Below are positions 31,483 through 40,952 of a stretch of 64,000 bases of DNA, in pieces. The position numbers and the translations under genes are program-made. The stretch comes from an uncultured Acidobacteriota bacterium (GTDB taxonomy: Bacteria > Acidobacteriota > UBA6911), in the NCBI GenBank assembly GCA_963843575.1, contig CAWJKZ010000017.1, forward strand, positions 224,001-288,000, given 5' to 3'. The notes under the pieces were generated by a model. It saw only the letters and a program-made list of their open reading frames with translations, searched no databases and was not told the origin of the DNA. The first letter of the stretch is position 1. Each line of letters opens with the position of its first letter.

Positions 31483-31514
31483 CCCGAATGCGGGGGGAAT
31501 GAGCAGGATCCACC

Positions 31515-31541
31515 GGGCCGCGGCGCGCCGCCGCGGCCCAC
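31515..31541 (-). repeat. 27-nt REP element
   Basis: Reverse complement is GTGGGCCGCGGCGGCGCGCCGCGGCCC. Confidence 0.7.
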
Positions 31542-31569
31542 TTTTTATACAGGACGACAGGTTGGTCTC

Positions 31570-32322
31570 ATGGATGTGAGCGTCTGGCAATGGGTTGTGC
31601 TGGCCGCCGGGTCGTTCCTGGTCGGGGTGTCCAAGACCGGGATCGCGGGCCTCGGGATGCTCACGGTGGCCATATTTGCGGCCCTGCTCCCGGCGCGCGC
31701 TTCGACCGGCGTGCTGCTCCCGCTCCTCATATGCGGCGACTTCGTCGCGGTGGCCGCCTACCGGCGTCACGCCGTCTGGTCCCACCTGATCCGGCTCTGT
31801 CCGTGGGTCGCCGCCGGTGTCGTCTCCGGATACGCGGCGATGGGGCGTCTGCAGGGTGACCGGGGCTTCCAGAACCTGATCGGATGGATCCTGCTCGCCA
31901 TGAGCGCCGTGCACGTCTGGCGCCAGTACCGGCTGTCGCGTGCGGATTCAGCCACCGACGGCCTGCCTCATTCGCGCTGGTTCGCGGCGGTCATGGGGGT
32001 CCTGGCGGGCTTCACGACCATGGTCGCCAACGCTGCCGGGCCCGTGATGATCCTGTACCTGCTCGCGATGCAGCTCCCGAAGATGGAGTTCCTCGGCACC
32101 GGCGCCTGGTTCTTTCTGGGAGTGAACCTGTTCAAGGTCCCGTTCAGCTGGCAGCTCGGACTGATTACCCCGGCGTCGCTGGCGATCGACCTCAAACTGG
32201 CCGCAGCCGTCGTCGTGGGCGCCCTCGCGGGCCGCGCCCTGGTGCGCCACATCAACCAGCGCTTGTTCGAAGCGCTGGCCCTCGCGCTCTCCGCACTCGC
32301 CGCCCTGCGGATGGTGGTGTAG
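31570..32322 (+). CDS. TauE/SafE family sulfite exporter
   Basis: GVSKTGIAG, LLPLLICGD, GFTTMVANAAGP, FLGTGAWFFLGVNLFKVPF; multi-TM. Confidence 0.87.
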   Translation: MDVSVWQWVVLAAGSFLVGVSKTGIAGLGMLTVAIFAALLPARASTGVLLPLLICGDFVAVAAYRRHAVWSHLIRLCPWVAAGVVSGYAAMGRLQGDRGFQNLIGWILLAMSAVHVWRQYRLSRADSATDGLPHSRWFAAVMGVLAGFTTMVANAAGPVMILYLLAMQLPKMEFLGTGAWFFLGVNLFKVPFSWQLGLITPASLAIDLKLAAAVVVGALAGRALVRHINQRLFEALALALSALAALRMVV

Positions 32323-32536
32323 GGCCCGAGCCCGGGTCAGCCGCAAGGCTTCAGCCCAGCGACGATGCGGAACGCCGACTTGTGGTTCTCCGCGATACCC
32401 CTTTGCTGCTTCGACACGGCCTGTTACCATTTCCCGAATAAGATTTTCGTTGAAGACTCCTCGGCGTCACGCTGCGGATAGCCGTGATGTGCGGGGAACT
32501 TGTTTCGCGGATTCTCACGCCAACACGCGGAGCTGC

Positions 32537-34798
32537 ATGGTCAGATATCTCTATGGACTGGCGCTTCTGACGCTCGCCGCACTCCTCCGGATCTCGGTGG
32601 ACCCGTGGCTCGGGCCCACGCTCTCGCATCCGACAATCTTCACCGCGGTCCTGCTCACGACCTGGTACTTCGGGACCGGTCCCGCCATCCTGAGCGCGTT
32701 GGCGGGATACCCCGTTGTCGAGATGTTCGTACTCGAACATGCCGTCGAGCGGTGGAACCTCCCCTACCTCGTCCCCAGCCTCGGCCTGTACATCGGGCTG
32801 AACGCGATCATCATCGCTTTCGTCGCCAGATTCCGGCAGGAACGCGACAGGCTGCGGAAGGCTGAGACGACCCTCAGGGACAGCGAGCAGCGCATTCGTG
32901 CCTGCTTCGACAATGCGGCCCTTGGGATCGTCGAAACGGACGGCCAGGATCGCATCACCGCGGTCAACGACCGCATCTGCCAGATCCTCGGCTACGCCGC
33001 CGCAGAACTGCGTGGGATGACCGTTCACGACCTCACGGCCCCCGAGGATCGTCCGCTGAGCGACGACTTGAATGCAAAGCTCCACGCAGGGACGGTGAAC
33101 CGGCTGGACTACGAGAAGCGCTACGTGCGGGGGGACGCCTCCACCACCTGGGTTCACGTCACCGTCGCCGCGATACGCGACGGCGCGGGGCGCTACCTCC
33201 ACTCCATCGGCACCGTCGAGGATATCAACCAACGCAAGCAGGCGGACGAGGCGCTGCGGGAGAGCGAGCTGAGGCTGCGCCTCGCCCAGGATGCGGCGCG
33301 AATAGGCGTGTTCGACCTGAATGTCCAGACCGGCGTGAACGTGTGGAGCCCGCAGCTCGAGGCCCTGTACGGACTGCCCCCCTCGAGCTTTCCCGGAACC
33401 CAGTCCGCATGGGAGCAACTCGTTCATCCCGACGACCGGGTGGAAGCCCTGCGCAGAATCCAGGTTGCCTTCGACACCGGCGAGCAGGGAGGGGCCGAAT
33501 GGCGGGTCGTCTGGCCGGATGGCAGCGTGCACTGGATCGCCGGGTTGTTCCAGGTCTTCCGGGACCCGGCCGGCAGACCGCTGCGTCTGACGGGCGTCAA
33601 CATCGACATCACCGGGCGTAAACGGCTGGAGCAGGACCTTCGCGCCGCCGTCACCAGCACCGAGCGAGCCAAGGAGGCCGCGGAGGACGCAAACAGCGCA
33701 AAGGACCAGTTCCTCGCAGTGCTGTCGCACGAACTTCGGACGCCCCTCACCCCGGTTCTAGCCGCCGTCCAGCTCATGCAACGCAAGGCGGATCTCGATG
33801 CGGAGACCCGGCACCGCCTGGAGATCATCCGCCGAAATCTTGAGCTCGAAGCCCGCTTGATCGACGACCTGCTGGACCTGACCCGGATCGTGCGCGGGAA
33901 AATCGTCCTCGAACGAAGGCAGATAGATGTCCCGACCGTCATTGAGCGCGTGGTGGAAATATGCAGGCCGGACATCGCGGCTCGGAAACTCCATTTCGGC
34001 GTCGACATGCAAGGCGGCCCGCTCATTATCAACGGAGACCCGTCCCGGCTGCAGCAGGTGTTCTGGAATGTCCTCAAGAACGCCATCAAGTTCACCCCGG
34101 ACGGCGGATGCGTCGGCATCCGCTGCTGCCAGGAAAATGGACAGGTCCTCGTGGAGGTCAGCGACAGCGGCGTCGGGATAGAGCCGGAGTCGACCGTCCG
34201 GATATTCGACGCATTCGAACAGGGCGGTCAGCGGGTGACGCGTCAGTTCGGAGGTCTTGGTCTCGGGCTGGCGATCAGCAAGCGGATCCTGGAGCTGCAC
34301 AACGGCACGATCACCGCCCACAGCGAGGGCAGGGACAAGGGATCGGTATTCAGGATCGCCCTGCCACAGGTCCGCGCCGGGGCGGAGGCGGCCAGCGAGC
34401 CGAAACCGCAACAGCCCGCCGCGGACGCGCCGCCGAAAGCAGCCCGCATCCTGCTGGTCGAAGACCACGGGGACTCGGCGCTGATGATGCACATGCTGCT
34501 GGAGGCGGCGGGATACCAGGTCGAAACCGCCGGCGACGTGCGGCAGGCTTTGGACATCGCCGCCTCCTGCAAGATCGACTTGCTCATCAGCGACCTTGGC
34601 CTCCCGGACCGCAGCGGCCTCGACCTCATCAGGGAACTGCGATTTCGCGGGAGCACGCTCAAGGCGATCGCGCTGAGCGGCTTCGGACGGGAAGACGATA
34701 TCCGGCGCAGCAAGGAAGCCGGTTTTGAGCTCCACCTCACCAAGCCCGTCGACTCGGACACCCTGATGAGGGCGGTAGGAAACGTAATCAGGCGCTAA
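32537..34798 (+). CDS. Hybrid sensor histidine kinase (DUF4118-like TM, 2 PAS, HisKA, HATPase, REC)
   Basis: LSHELRTPL, NAIKFT, DSGVGI, GGLGLGL, ILLVED..DLGLPD..HLTKP. Confidence 0.92.
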   Translation: MVRYLYGLALLTLAALLRISVDPWLGPTLSHPTIFTAVLLTTWYFGTGPAILSALAGYPVVEMFVLEHAVERWNLPYLVPSLGLYIGLNAIIIAFVARFRQERDRLRKAETTLRDSEQRIRACFDNAALGIVETDGQDRITAVNDRICQILGYAAAELRGMTVHDLTAPEDRPLSDDLNAKLHAGTVNRLDYEKRYVRGDASTTWVHVTVAAIRDGAGRYLHSIGTVEDINQRKQADEALRESELRLRLAQDAARIGVFDLNVQTGVNVWSPQLEALYGLPPSSFPGTQSAWEQLVHPDDRVEALRRIQVAFDTGEQGGAEWRVVWPDGSVHWIAGLFQVFRDPAGRPLRLTGVNIDITGRKRLEQDLRAAVTSTERAKEAAEDANSAKDQFLAVLSHELRTPLTPVLAAVQLMQRKADLDAETRHRLEIIRRNLELEARLIDDLLDLTRIVRGKIVLERRQIDVPTVIERVVEICRPDIAARKLHFGVDMQGGPLIINGDPSRLQQVFWNVLKNAIKFTPDGGCVGIRCCQENGQVLVEVSDSGVGIEPESTVRIFDAFEQGGQRVTRQFGGLGLGLAISKRILELHNGTITAHSEGRDKGSVFRIALPQVRAGAEAASEPKPQQPAADAPPKAARILLVEDHGDSALMMHMLLEAAGYQVETAGDVRQALDIAASCKIDLLISDLGLPDRSGLDLIRELRFRGSTLKAIALSGFGREDDIRRSKEAGFELHLTKPVDSDTLMRAVGNVIRR

Positions 34799-35057
34799 CT
34801 CGCGTGTGTGCCGGGCAGTCGCGGGCCGCTTTTGTTTGACCCTTTGCACGAACCCGCCTGGCAGCGGAGGCGTCCAGGAGGTACAGCGCTCCAGCCGCCA
34901 TCGTGAGGCCGACGAAGGCGATACCAAGCCCATGCGTGGTGTGATCACGCCCTCGCCGGCGGGACGCGGCGGTTGGCGCATGAGACCCGCGTCTGCGGGA
35001 TCGACGCCGAGGGCAAGCGCGGGGGTCCCTCGGTCGGGTTGCGGTCGCGGGACAATG

Positions 35058-36047
35058 CTACCGGAAATTCCACAGAAGTTCGATGTCGGCCCCCCCTATG
35101 GCCTGCGTGCTATGGTACGCAAATCGGCCAGAGCCCGGCTTCCCCTTCTCGCCCCAGGCGCCTCCCTGAACAAAGGGGAAGCCGAGCGAGTTCCAGCGCG
35201 CGATTTCCCCGTCCAGGTCGGGCACCTCGAAGGCGATGTGATGCACGCCCTCGCCGTGGCGGTCCAGGTGGTCCTGGTAGACAGTCGGCCCCTTCAACGG
35301 CAGGATCCATTCGTAGACAACCTTCCCGTGGCGCTGCCACCCGAGCTCCGCGTCGAAATTGCCCGGCTGGTCGTGATAGCGCAGGTCCGACAGAGGTGGG
35401 TGGGTGACCGACGTCTGGGTGAAGCCAAGCCGTCTCCAGTACTCGAGAACCGGTTCGAGCTTGCGGACCGCAAACGCATACTGAACCACCGTCGCATACG
35501 GTCCGGAGGCGGCTGGCGGAACCGGCACAGGCTCCGCTGAGAGGGCCAGCCCGAGCACGTACTTACCCCCAGGCTCCGTGTCCAGATAGGTGAAGTGGGT
35601 GGGGGATACGGCGCCGGGTGCTTCCACGGATTGCAGGACCGCGACGCCCAACCCCCGCATGCGCTGCACCTCCGATTCGAGCGCCTGACGACTGGGAACC
35701 CGGTGTACGATGCTGAAGATCCCGCTGCCGTGCCGGGCGTGAAATTCGGAGAAGGCGTCGTGGCCGTCCCGAAGCTGATACCAGTCCACGGCGAGGTTCC
35801 CCAGCCAGCCCGAAGCGGCGCGACATCTCACCTTGTCCTGATGCCCGCGGAACTTGACGGCCAGCTCGATCTCCCCGGGTTCGCGAACGTTCTCAAACCC
35901 CAGCCGCTTCCAGCCCCGGACGGTGGCATCCAGGTCATCCACGATCCACGTCACGCGGTCCACTTCGCGGTAAAAACCTGGGAAGGGCGAAGGCGTCGCG
36001 GACTGAAACCCGAAGAACAGCGCCAAAGCAGCGCACACACGGTTCAT
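35058..36047 (-). CDS. Signal-peptide-bearing tandem VOC (methylmalonyl-CoA epimerase-like) protein
   Basis: MNRVCAALALFFG signal; two domains with FHARHGSGI / HLDRHGEGVHHIAF and YLDTE / DIEL motifs. Confidence 0.7.
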   Translation of the reverse strand: MNRVCAALALFFGFQSATPSPFPGFYREVDRVTWIVDDLDATVRGWKRLGFENVREPGEIELAVKFRGHQDKVRCRAASGWLGNLAVDWYQLRDGHDAFSEFHARHGSGIFSIVHRVPSRQALESEVQRMRGLGVAVLQSVEAPGAVSPTHFTYLDTEPGGKYVLGLALSAEPVPVPPAASGPYATVVQYAFAVRKLEPVLEYWRRLGFTQTSVTHPPLSDLRYHDQPGNFDAELGWQRHGKVVYEWILPLKGPTVYQDHLDRHGEGVHHIAFEVPDLDGEIARWNSLGFPFVQGGAWGEKGKPGSGRFAYHSTQAIGGADIELLWNFR

Positions 36048-36065
36048 GAGGATCACCCTTTCCTG

Positions 36066-38183
36066 TTAGCGTTCTTCGACGATGGCCAGATCCCACGGGG
36101 CGAGAGCCATGGACGTCCCGCGTTCGACCGGCCGCTCGGTGAGGAGGTCGAGGCCTGAGGCGTACGGGTACGCGAACTTCTGTGCTTGCCCGGAATAGTT
36201 CAGATAAAAGTGAAGGTTCTTCCCGGCCGCGGACACCGCGTGCTTGACACGCACCGCAGCAGGCAGCTGCTGATCCGGACCGGTCAGCCCCGCCCGTGCC
36301 AACACCTCGGCCATCACCCTGAGCTGAAGCGTCGGGGAGAGGACGGTCCCCTCGTAGGTCAGGGTGCCCTTGCCGAACTGGTTGCGCGTGACGGCGGGGT
36401 AGCGGCCGAAAAATTCGTGATCGTAAACAGCCACGGCGGCCGCGCTCTCCGGAATCAGGAATTCGGCCCACCCCGACACCCGGTTGTCGGCCCCGGCCTG
36501 GTAAGGATCCCCTTTCAACGCGATCGGTTCTTTCAGATTTGAGAATTCCTGGTAGCGGAATCCGGCCGCCTCACGCAACGGTCCGGGGGCGATCGCCCAG
36601 CGCACCGTCGAGTGCTCGTCGGCAAACCCGCTCTTGAGCGACATCACCACATGACCTCCGGACCTGACGTAGTTCGAAAGCCGGACCAGGAGGTCGTCCG
36701 AAGCGATGTAAAGCGGGGGCACGACGAGCAGCTTGTACTGTTCCAGATTCCGGCTTTGCGGGAAGACGAAGTCGACGCCCGCGTTCAGCTGGTACAGCGC
36801 ACGATAGAACTGGTGCAGGATGCTGAGGTAATCGTCCTGGTCCGAGAACGGCATGAAGCGGATGCCGTTGAACGAGTCGATGCTGTACAGGATCGCCACG
36901 TCGCTCGTGCGCCGCAGGTTGGCCAGCCGGGGGCCGAGCTTTTTGAACTCGCTCCCGATTCGGCTTACCTCGGCGTACGCCCGGTTGGGCTCGAGGTCGT
37001 GCGAGAGCACCCCTTTCCAGTAAGTCTCCTGGCCGTAGTGGAGCGAATGCCAATGCCAGTAAGCAACCATTTCGGCGCCGCTCGCGACATGGCTGAAGGC
37101 GCTGAGCCTCAGCTGCCCGTCGTAGGGGGGGTACTGCGTCCGCGAGTCCCAACCTATGGTCTGAGCATTCGTCTCGGTGACCAGGTAATTCTGCTGCTTC
37201 AGCGAGCGGCACAGGTCCCCGGAAAGGCTGATGGGGAAGCCGTCGAGTTCGTCCTGCATGGCGTGGTAGGGATTGACCGCCGTGATGTCGAGGTGTTGTG
37301 CGATGTCCTGCTCGTCGATGTTGGTCCGGATGCCGCCGACGAAATTGTGCATTATGAACTGGCCGGGTTTGCGGTACTCGGACACGATGCGCGCCTGCCA
37401 GGCCAGGAAATCGGTCACGATCTTCCGTTGGAAGCGCTCCCATTCCAGCTTGTAGCCCGGGTTCAGGATTCCGTCGCGGGCGGGAAACTCGTCCCAGCCG
37501 TTCACGAGCTGCCCCCAGTAGGACAATCCCCAGAGTTGATTGAGACGCTGGGGAGTCCCGAACTTCCGCTTGAGGTACTCGACGAATGCGATCTGGACGT
37601 TGCGCAGCGGCAGCCCGTTCGGCCCCGTCTCGTTGTCGATCTGGTAACCAATCACCGCCGGATGGTCCTTGAAGTGCGACACAACCTGGCGGATGACGCG
37701 CTCGGCATAGAACAGGTACGCGGGGTGCGTGATGTCCATGTTCTGGCGCGGTCCGTAAGCCCCCGGCGGCCTGGCTCCGGGATAGCTGGGCGACGTGGGA
37801 TCGGACAGGGGCGGAGCCGTCGTCAGCTGCACCACGACGATCTCGGGATGTCTGGCGTAGAGCCAGGGGGGGATGGAGTAGGTCGGGGTGCCCAGGATCA
37901 CTTTGATGCCGGCCCGGTGCAGCCGGTCGAGGATGCGTTCCATCCAATCGAACCGGAATTCACCGTCGCGGGGTTCCCAGCTACTCCACGTGGATTCGCC
38001 CAGCCGAACCACCGAGATGTTGGCCTTCTGCATCAGCTCCACATCCTTGTCGAGCCGCTCGTAGGGCATGTACTCGTGGTAGTAGGAGGCGCCGTAGAGC
38101 AACGTGTCGATGCGGGCCTGCTGCGCCGCCAGGGGCAAGCACCCGATGGCGAGGGACACAAGGACGAATGTCGTTCGACCCAT
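36066..38183 (-). CDS. Secreted beta-galactosidase (GH42-like)
   Basis: Signal peptide; YGASYYHEY, GESTWS, GTPTYSIPPWL, QIDNE, VTETNAQ, YWHWHS; trimerisation domain. Confidence 0.9.
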   Translation of the reverse strand: MGRTTFVLVSLAIGCLPLAAQQARIDTLLYGASYYHEYMPYERLDKDVELMQKANISVVRLGESTWSSWEPRDGEFRFDWMERILDRLHRAGIKVILGTPTYSIPPWLYARHPEIVVVQLTTAPPLSDPTSPSYPGARPPGAYGPRQNMDITHPAYLFYAERVIRQVVSHFKDHPAVIGYQIDNETGPNGLPLRNVQIAFVEYLKRKFGTPQRLNQLWGLSYWGQLVNGWDEFPARDGILNPGYKLEWERFQRKIVTDFLAWQARIVSEYRKPGQFIMHNFVGGIRTNIDEQDIAQHLDITAVNPYHAMQDELDGFPISLSGDLCRSLKQQNYLVTETNAQTIGWDSRTQYPPYDGQLRLSAFSHVASGAEMVAYWHWHSLHYGQETYWKGVLSHDLEPNRAYAEVSRIGSEFKKLGPRLANLRRTSDVAILYSIDSFNGIRFMPFSDQDDYLSILHQFYRALYQLNAGVDFVFPQSRNLEQYKLLVVPPLYIASDDLLVRLSNYVRSGGHVVMSLKSGFADEHSTVRWAIAPGPLREAAGFRYQEFSNLKEPIALKGDPYQAGADNRVSGWAEFLIPESAAAVAVYDHEFFGRYPAVTRNQFGKGTLTYEGTVLSPTLQLRVMAEVLARAGLTGPDQQLPAAVRVKHAVSAAGKNLHFYLNYSGQAQKFAYPYASGLDLLTERPVERGTSMALAPWDLAIVEER

Positions 38184-38269
38184 CTCAACTCCTCGATGTC
38201 GTGTACCGCCATATTCGCACTCATCCCCCCGCAAAGAAACCCTCATCCGTCGCTGAAGGTCATCCCGCG

Positions 38270-38296
38270 GGGCAGGGAGGAGCCGCCCCCGCCCAC
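38270..38296 (-). repeat. 27-nt REP element (variant B)
   Basis: Reverse complement is GTGGGCGGGGGCGGCTCCTCCCTGCCC. Confidence 0.6.
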
Positions 38297-38450
38297 CACT
38301 TCGGCCGCGACTTGCAGCGGCGGTTCCGGGTCGTGCGCCGGCCCCGGGGACGACGACCGAAAAACGCGCCAACCCCCCCGGAGTTTGCCGGTTTGCGGAA
38401 CAGGAAGTTGGTATATCATGCGGCTTCTGCGAAATCCCAGGGAGCCGGTA

Positions 38451-40292
38451 ATGGGCACAAAGTTCAGCACGTGCACACTCTTGCTGCAGAACGCGCCCCC
38501 ACGATCCCACCTAACCAGCCTCGACTGGTTGATGATCGCCATTTACTTCGCAGTCCTGCTCTGTGTCGCCTGGTGGGTCGTGCGCAAGAGCAAAGACAAC
38601 GCCACGGACTATTTTCTGGCAGGCCGCAATCTCGGCTGGTGGATCATCGGCGCGTCGATCTTTGCTTCAAATATCGGTTCAGAGCACGTGGTCGGGCTGG
38701 CCGGCTCGGGGGCAACCGATGGCGTGGCGATGGCCCACTATGAGCTGCACGCCTGGTGCCTGCTTGTGCTCGCGTGGGTCTTTGTCCCGTTCTACGCGCG
38801 CTCTCTCGTGTTCACCATGCCCGAGTTTCTCGAGAGGCGATTCTCCACTCCTTCGAGATATGTGCTGTCGGTGGTTTCCCTGATCACCTTCATCGTCTCC
38901 AAGATCGCGGTCGGAATCTTCGCAGGCGGCGTTGTCTTCAGTACCCTGCTGCCGGAACTGCGCCTCAACATCTGGGGAGTGGAGGTCGACAGCTTCTGGA
39001 TCGGCTCCATTCTCGTGATCGTCCTGACGGGACTGTACACGATTCTCGGCGGCATGCGCGCCGTTGCCTACAACGACGCCGTGCAGGTTACGGTCCTCAT
39101 CACCGGGTCCGCGCTCCTCACCTTCTATGGGCTCAACAAACTGGGGGGTTGGGCAGAGCTTCGCCACTGGTGCGGGTCGGACATGTTCAACTTGTGGAAA
39201 CCCCTCATTCCGCCCGGCGTGGAAGGCACATGGGCTCCCGTGATGGAACGAGATGCGCTCGGGAATGTCGTAAAACAGGCGTGGTATTTCAACGGACATT
39301 TCCCCTGGCTCGGCATGCTGTTCTGCGCACCGATCATAGGGCTGTGGTATTGGTGCACCGATCAATACATCGTGCAGCGAGCGCTGGGCGCCCCCAACGA
39401 GACAATCGCCCGCCGGGGCAGCATTTTTGCCGCTTTCCTCAAGCTTTTTCCCGTTTACCTCTTCATTATCCCGGGGCTCGTCTGCTTCGCACTGGCGAAG
39501 AGCGGCAGGGTACCGGAACTGCAGAGCATCCTGATCGCGCCCGACGGCTCCGTTACAAAAGAAGCTCAAGGGGCGTTCCCGCTGATGGTGCAATACCTGC
39601 TGCCGCCGGGCCTGCGCGGCATCGTCGTGGCCGGCTTGCTCTCGGCACTGATGGGATCGCTGGCGGGTGTGTTCAACGCCTGCTCGACCCTCTTTACCGT
39701 GGACATTTACGAGAAATGGAAACCCAAGGCCACCCAGCATGATCTCGTACGCACCGGCCGCATCGCGACCGCCATCATGGTCCTGATCGCCCTCGCCTGG
39801 ATCCCGGTGATCAAGGGAGCTTCAGGCCTGTACAACTACCTGCAGGCCGTTCAGGGCTATCTCGCGCCCCCCATATTCGTGGTCTTCTTCTTCGGCGTTT
39901 TCTTCAAAAGGCTCAACGCCAAGGGCTGTTTGTGGGCCATGCTCGTAGGCTTCGTCCTGGGTATCTTCCGGATGCTCGTGGATACACCGGTCACGCTTGG
40001 GCTGAAGGGCTTCGAGAACGGCTACGAGCCCGGCTCTTTTCTCTGGATTGTCAACAACATCTACTTCCAGTACTTCAGCGTGCTGATTACCGTCGTCTCC
40101 GCCGTGGTGATGGTGGTGGTGAGCTACATGACCACTGAGCCGGACTATGAGAGGATCAAGAGCCTGACATACGGCACGATCACCCAGGAGGACCGCAAAC
40201 TCACACGTTTGAGCTGGGATTGGCGGGATCTCCTTTCGTCGGCAGTGGTGCTCGCCTGTATCCTGGGAGCTTACCTCTACTTCACAGGCTAG
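38451..40292 (+). CDS. Sodium:solute symporter (SGLT-like sugar transporter)
   Basis: DYFLAGR, FASNIGSEH, TMPEFLERRF, GGMRAVAYND, WYWCTDQYIVQRAL. Confidence 0.93.
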   Translation: MGTKFSTCTLLLQNAPPRSHLTSLDWLMIAIYFAVLLCVAWWVVRKSKDNATDYFLAGRNLGWWIIGASIFASNIGSEHVVGLAGSGATDGVAMAHYELHAWCLLVLAWVFVPFYARSLVFTMPEFLERRFSTPSRYVLSVVSLITFIVSKIAVGIFAGGVVFSTLLPELRLNIWGVEVDSFWIGSILVIVLTGLYTILGGMRAVAYNDAVQVTVLITGSALLTFYGLNKLGGWAELRHWCGSDMFNLWKPLIPPGVEGTWAPVMERDALGNVVKQAWYFNGHFPWLGMLFCAPIIGLWYWCTDQYIVQRALGAPNETIARRGSIFAAFLKLFPVYLFIIPGLVCFALAKSGRVPELQSILIAPDGSVTKEAQGAFPLMVQYLLPPGLRGIVVAGLLSALMGSLAGVFNACSTLFTVDIYEKWKPKATQHDLVRTGRIATAIMVLIALAWIPVIKGASGLYNYLQAVQGYLAPPIFVVFFFGVFFKRLNAKGCLWAMLVGFVLGIFRMLVDTPVTLGLKGFENGYEPGSFLWIVNNIYFQYFSVLITVVSAVVMVVVSYMTTEPDYERIKSLTYGTITQEDRKLTRLSWDWRDLLSSAVVLACILGAYLYFTG

Positions 40293-40459
40293 CGGCCGGC
40301 AAACGGGTGGCGCCGGGCTGCAGACTCCCGAATCTGCAATGGCCCGGAGCGATGAAGCAGTGTTGCCCTTCGACACGAATTGCCCGACTGGCAGCCGGGA
40401 CAGGTGCGGGCGAACAGGCCCCGCGGCGTGCCGTTCAATGAGTGGAATCCGGAGACGAA

Positions 40460-40828
40460 ATGAGCCTTTCGACTGAGCTGTCGGCACAGAGTGCCTCGAC
40501 CCTCATCCTGATAAACCGCGACGGCATGGGATCGGCCGAAGAGGCGCTGCGCCGCAAGCTGCTGCGCATCTATCTGACCATGCTCCTCGAAAATGAGCTG
40601 TTACCCGGCGCCATCTGCTTCTATGCCGACGGGGTGAGGATGGTGGTGCAGGATTCCCCGGTCCTCGACCTGCTGCTCGCGCTGGAAGCGAAGGGAGTTC
40701 ACCTCGTCGTCTGCACGACCTGCCTTCAGCATTTCGGTTTGGCGAACAAGGTGGCGGTAGGGGTCGCCGGGGGAATGCCCGATATTCTTCTGGCGCAGTG
40801 GAAGGCGAGCAAGGTGATTACACTCTGA
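40460..40828 (+). CDS. DsrE/YedF-like sulfurtransferase-family protein
   Basis: DGMGS.EEAL..KLL, ICFYADGV, VCTTCLQHFG, KVAVG. Confidence 0.75.
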   Translation: MSLSTELSAQSASTLILINRDGMGSAEEALRRKLLRIYLTMLLENELLPGAICFYADGVRMVVQDSPVLDLLLALEAKGVHLVVCTTCLQHFGLANKVAVGVAGGMPDILLAQWKASKVITL

Positions 40829-40838
40829 ACGGGCACGG

Positions 40839-40952
40839 GTGGGCGGGTTCGGCCCGACCCCGTCCCGCCGAACAAGCAGCGATTACGAATATAGGTGAAA
40901 ACGCCCGATCATCATCAGGTTCCCTGGGCCGCGTCGGGCCGCCGTGGCCCAC
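40839..40952. repeat. Inverted REP pair between convergent genes
   Basis: GTGGGCGGGTTCGGCCCGACCCCGTCC (+, 40839-40865) and GTGGGCCACGGCGGCCCGACGCGGCCC (-, 40926-40952; inside the permease 3' tail). Confidence 0.65.

Noticed and set aside
36612-38450. 600-aa N-terminal extension on the SSS transporter
   Set aside because: It is the antisense shadow of the beta-galactosidase gene; the transporter starts at 38451 after a GGAG RBS.
40460-40828. Selenium utilisation locus (YedF-like gene)
   Set aside because: No selD, selA, selB, selC or yqeB/C gene nearby; only a generic DsrE-like call is supported.
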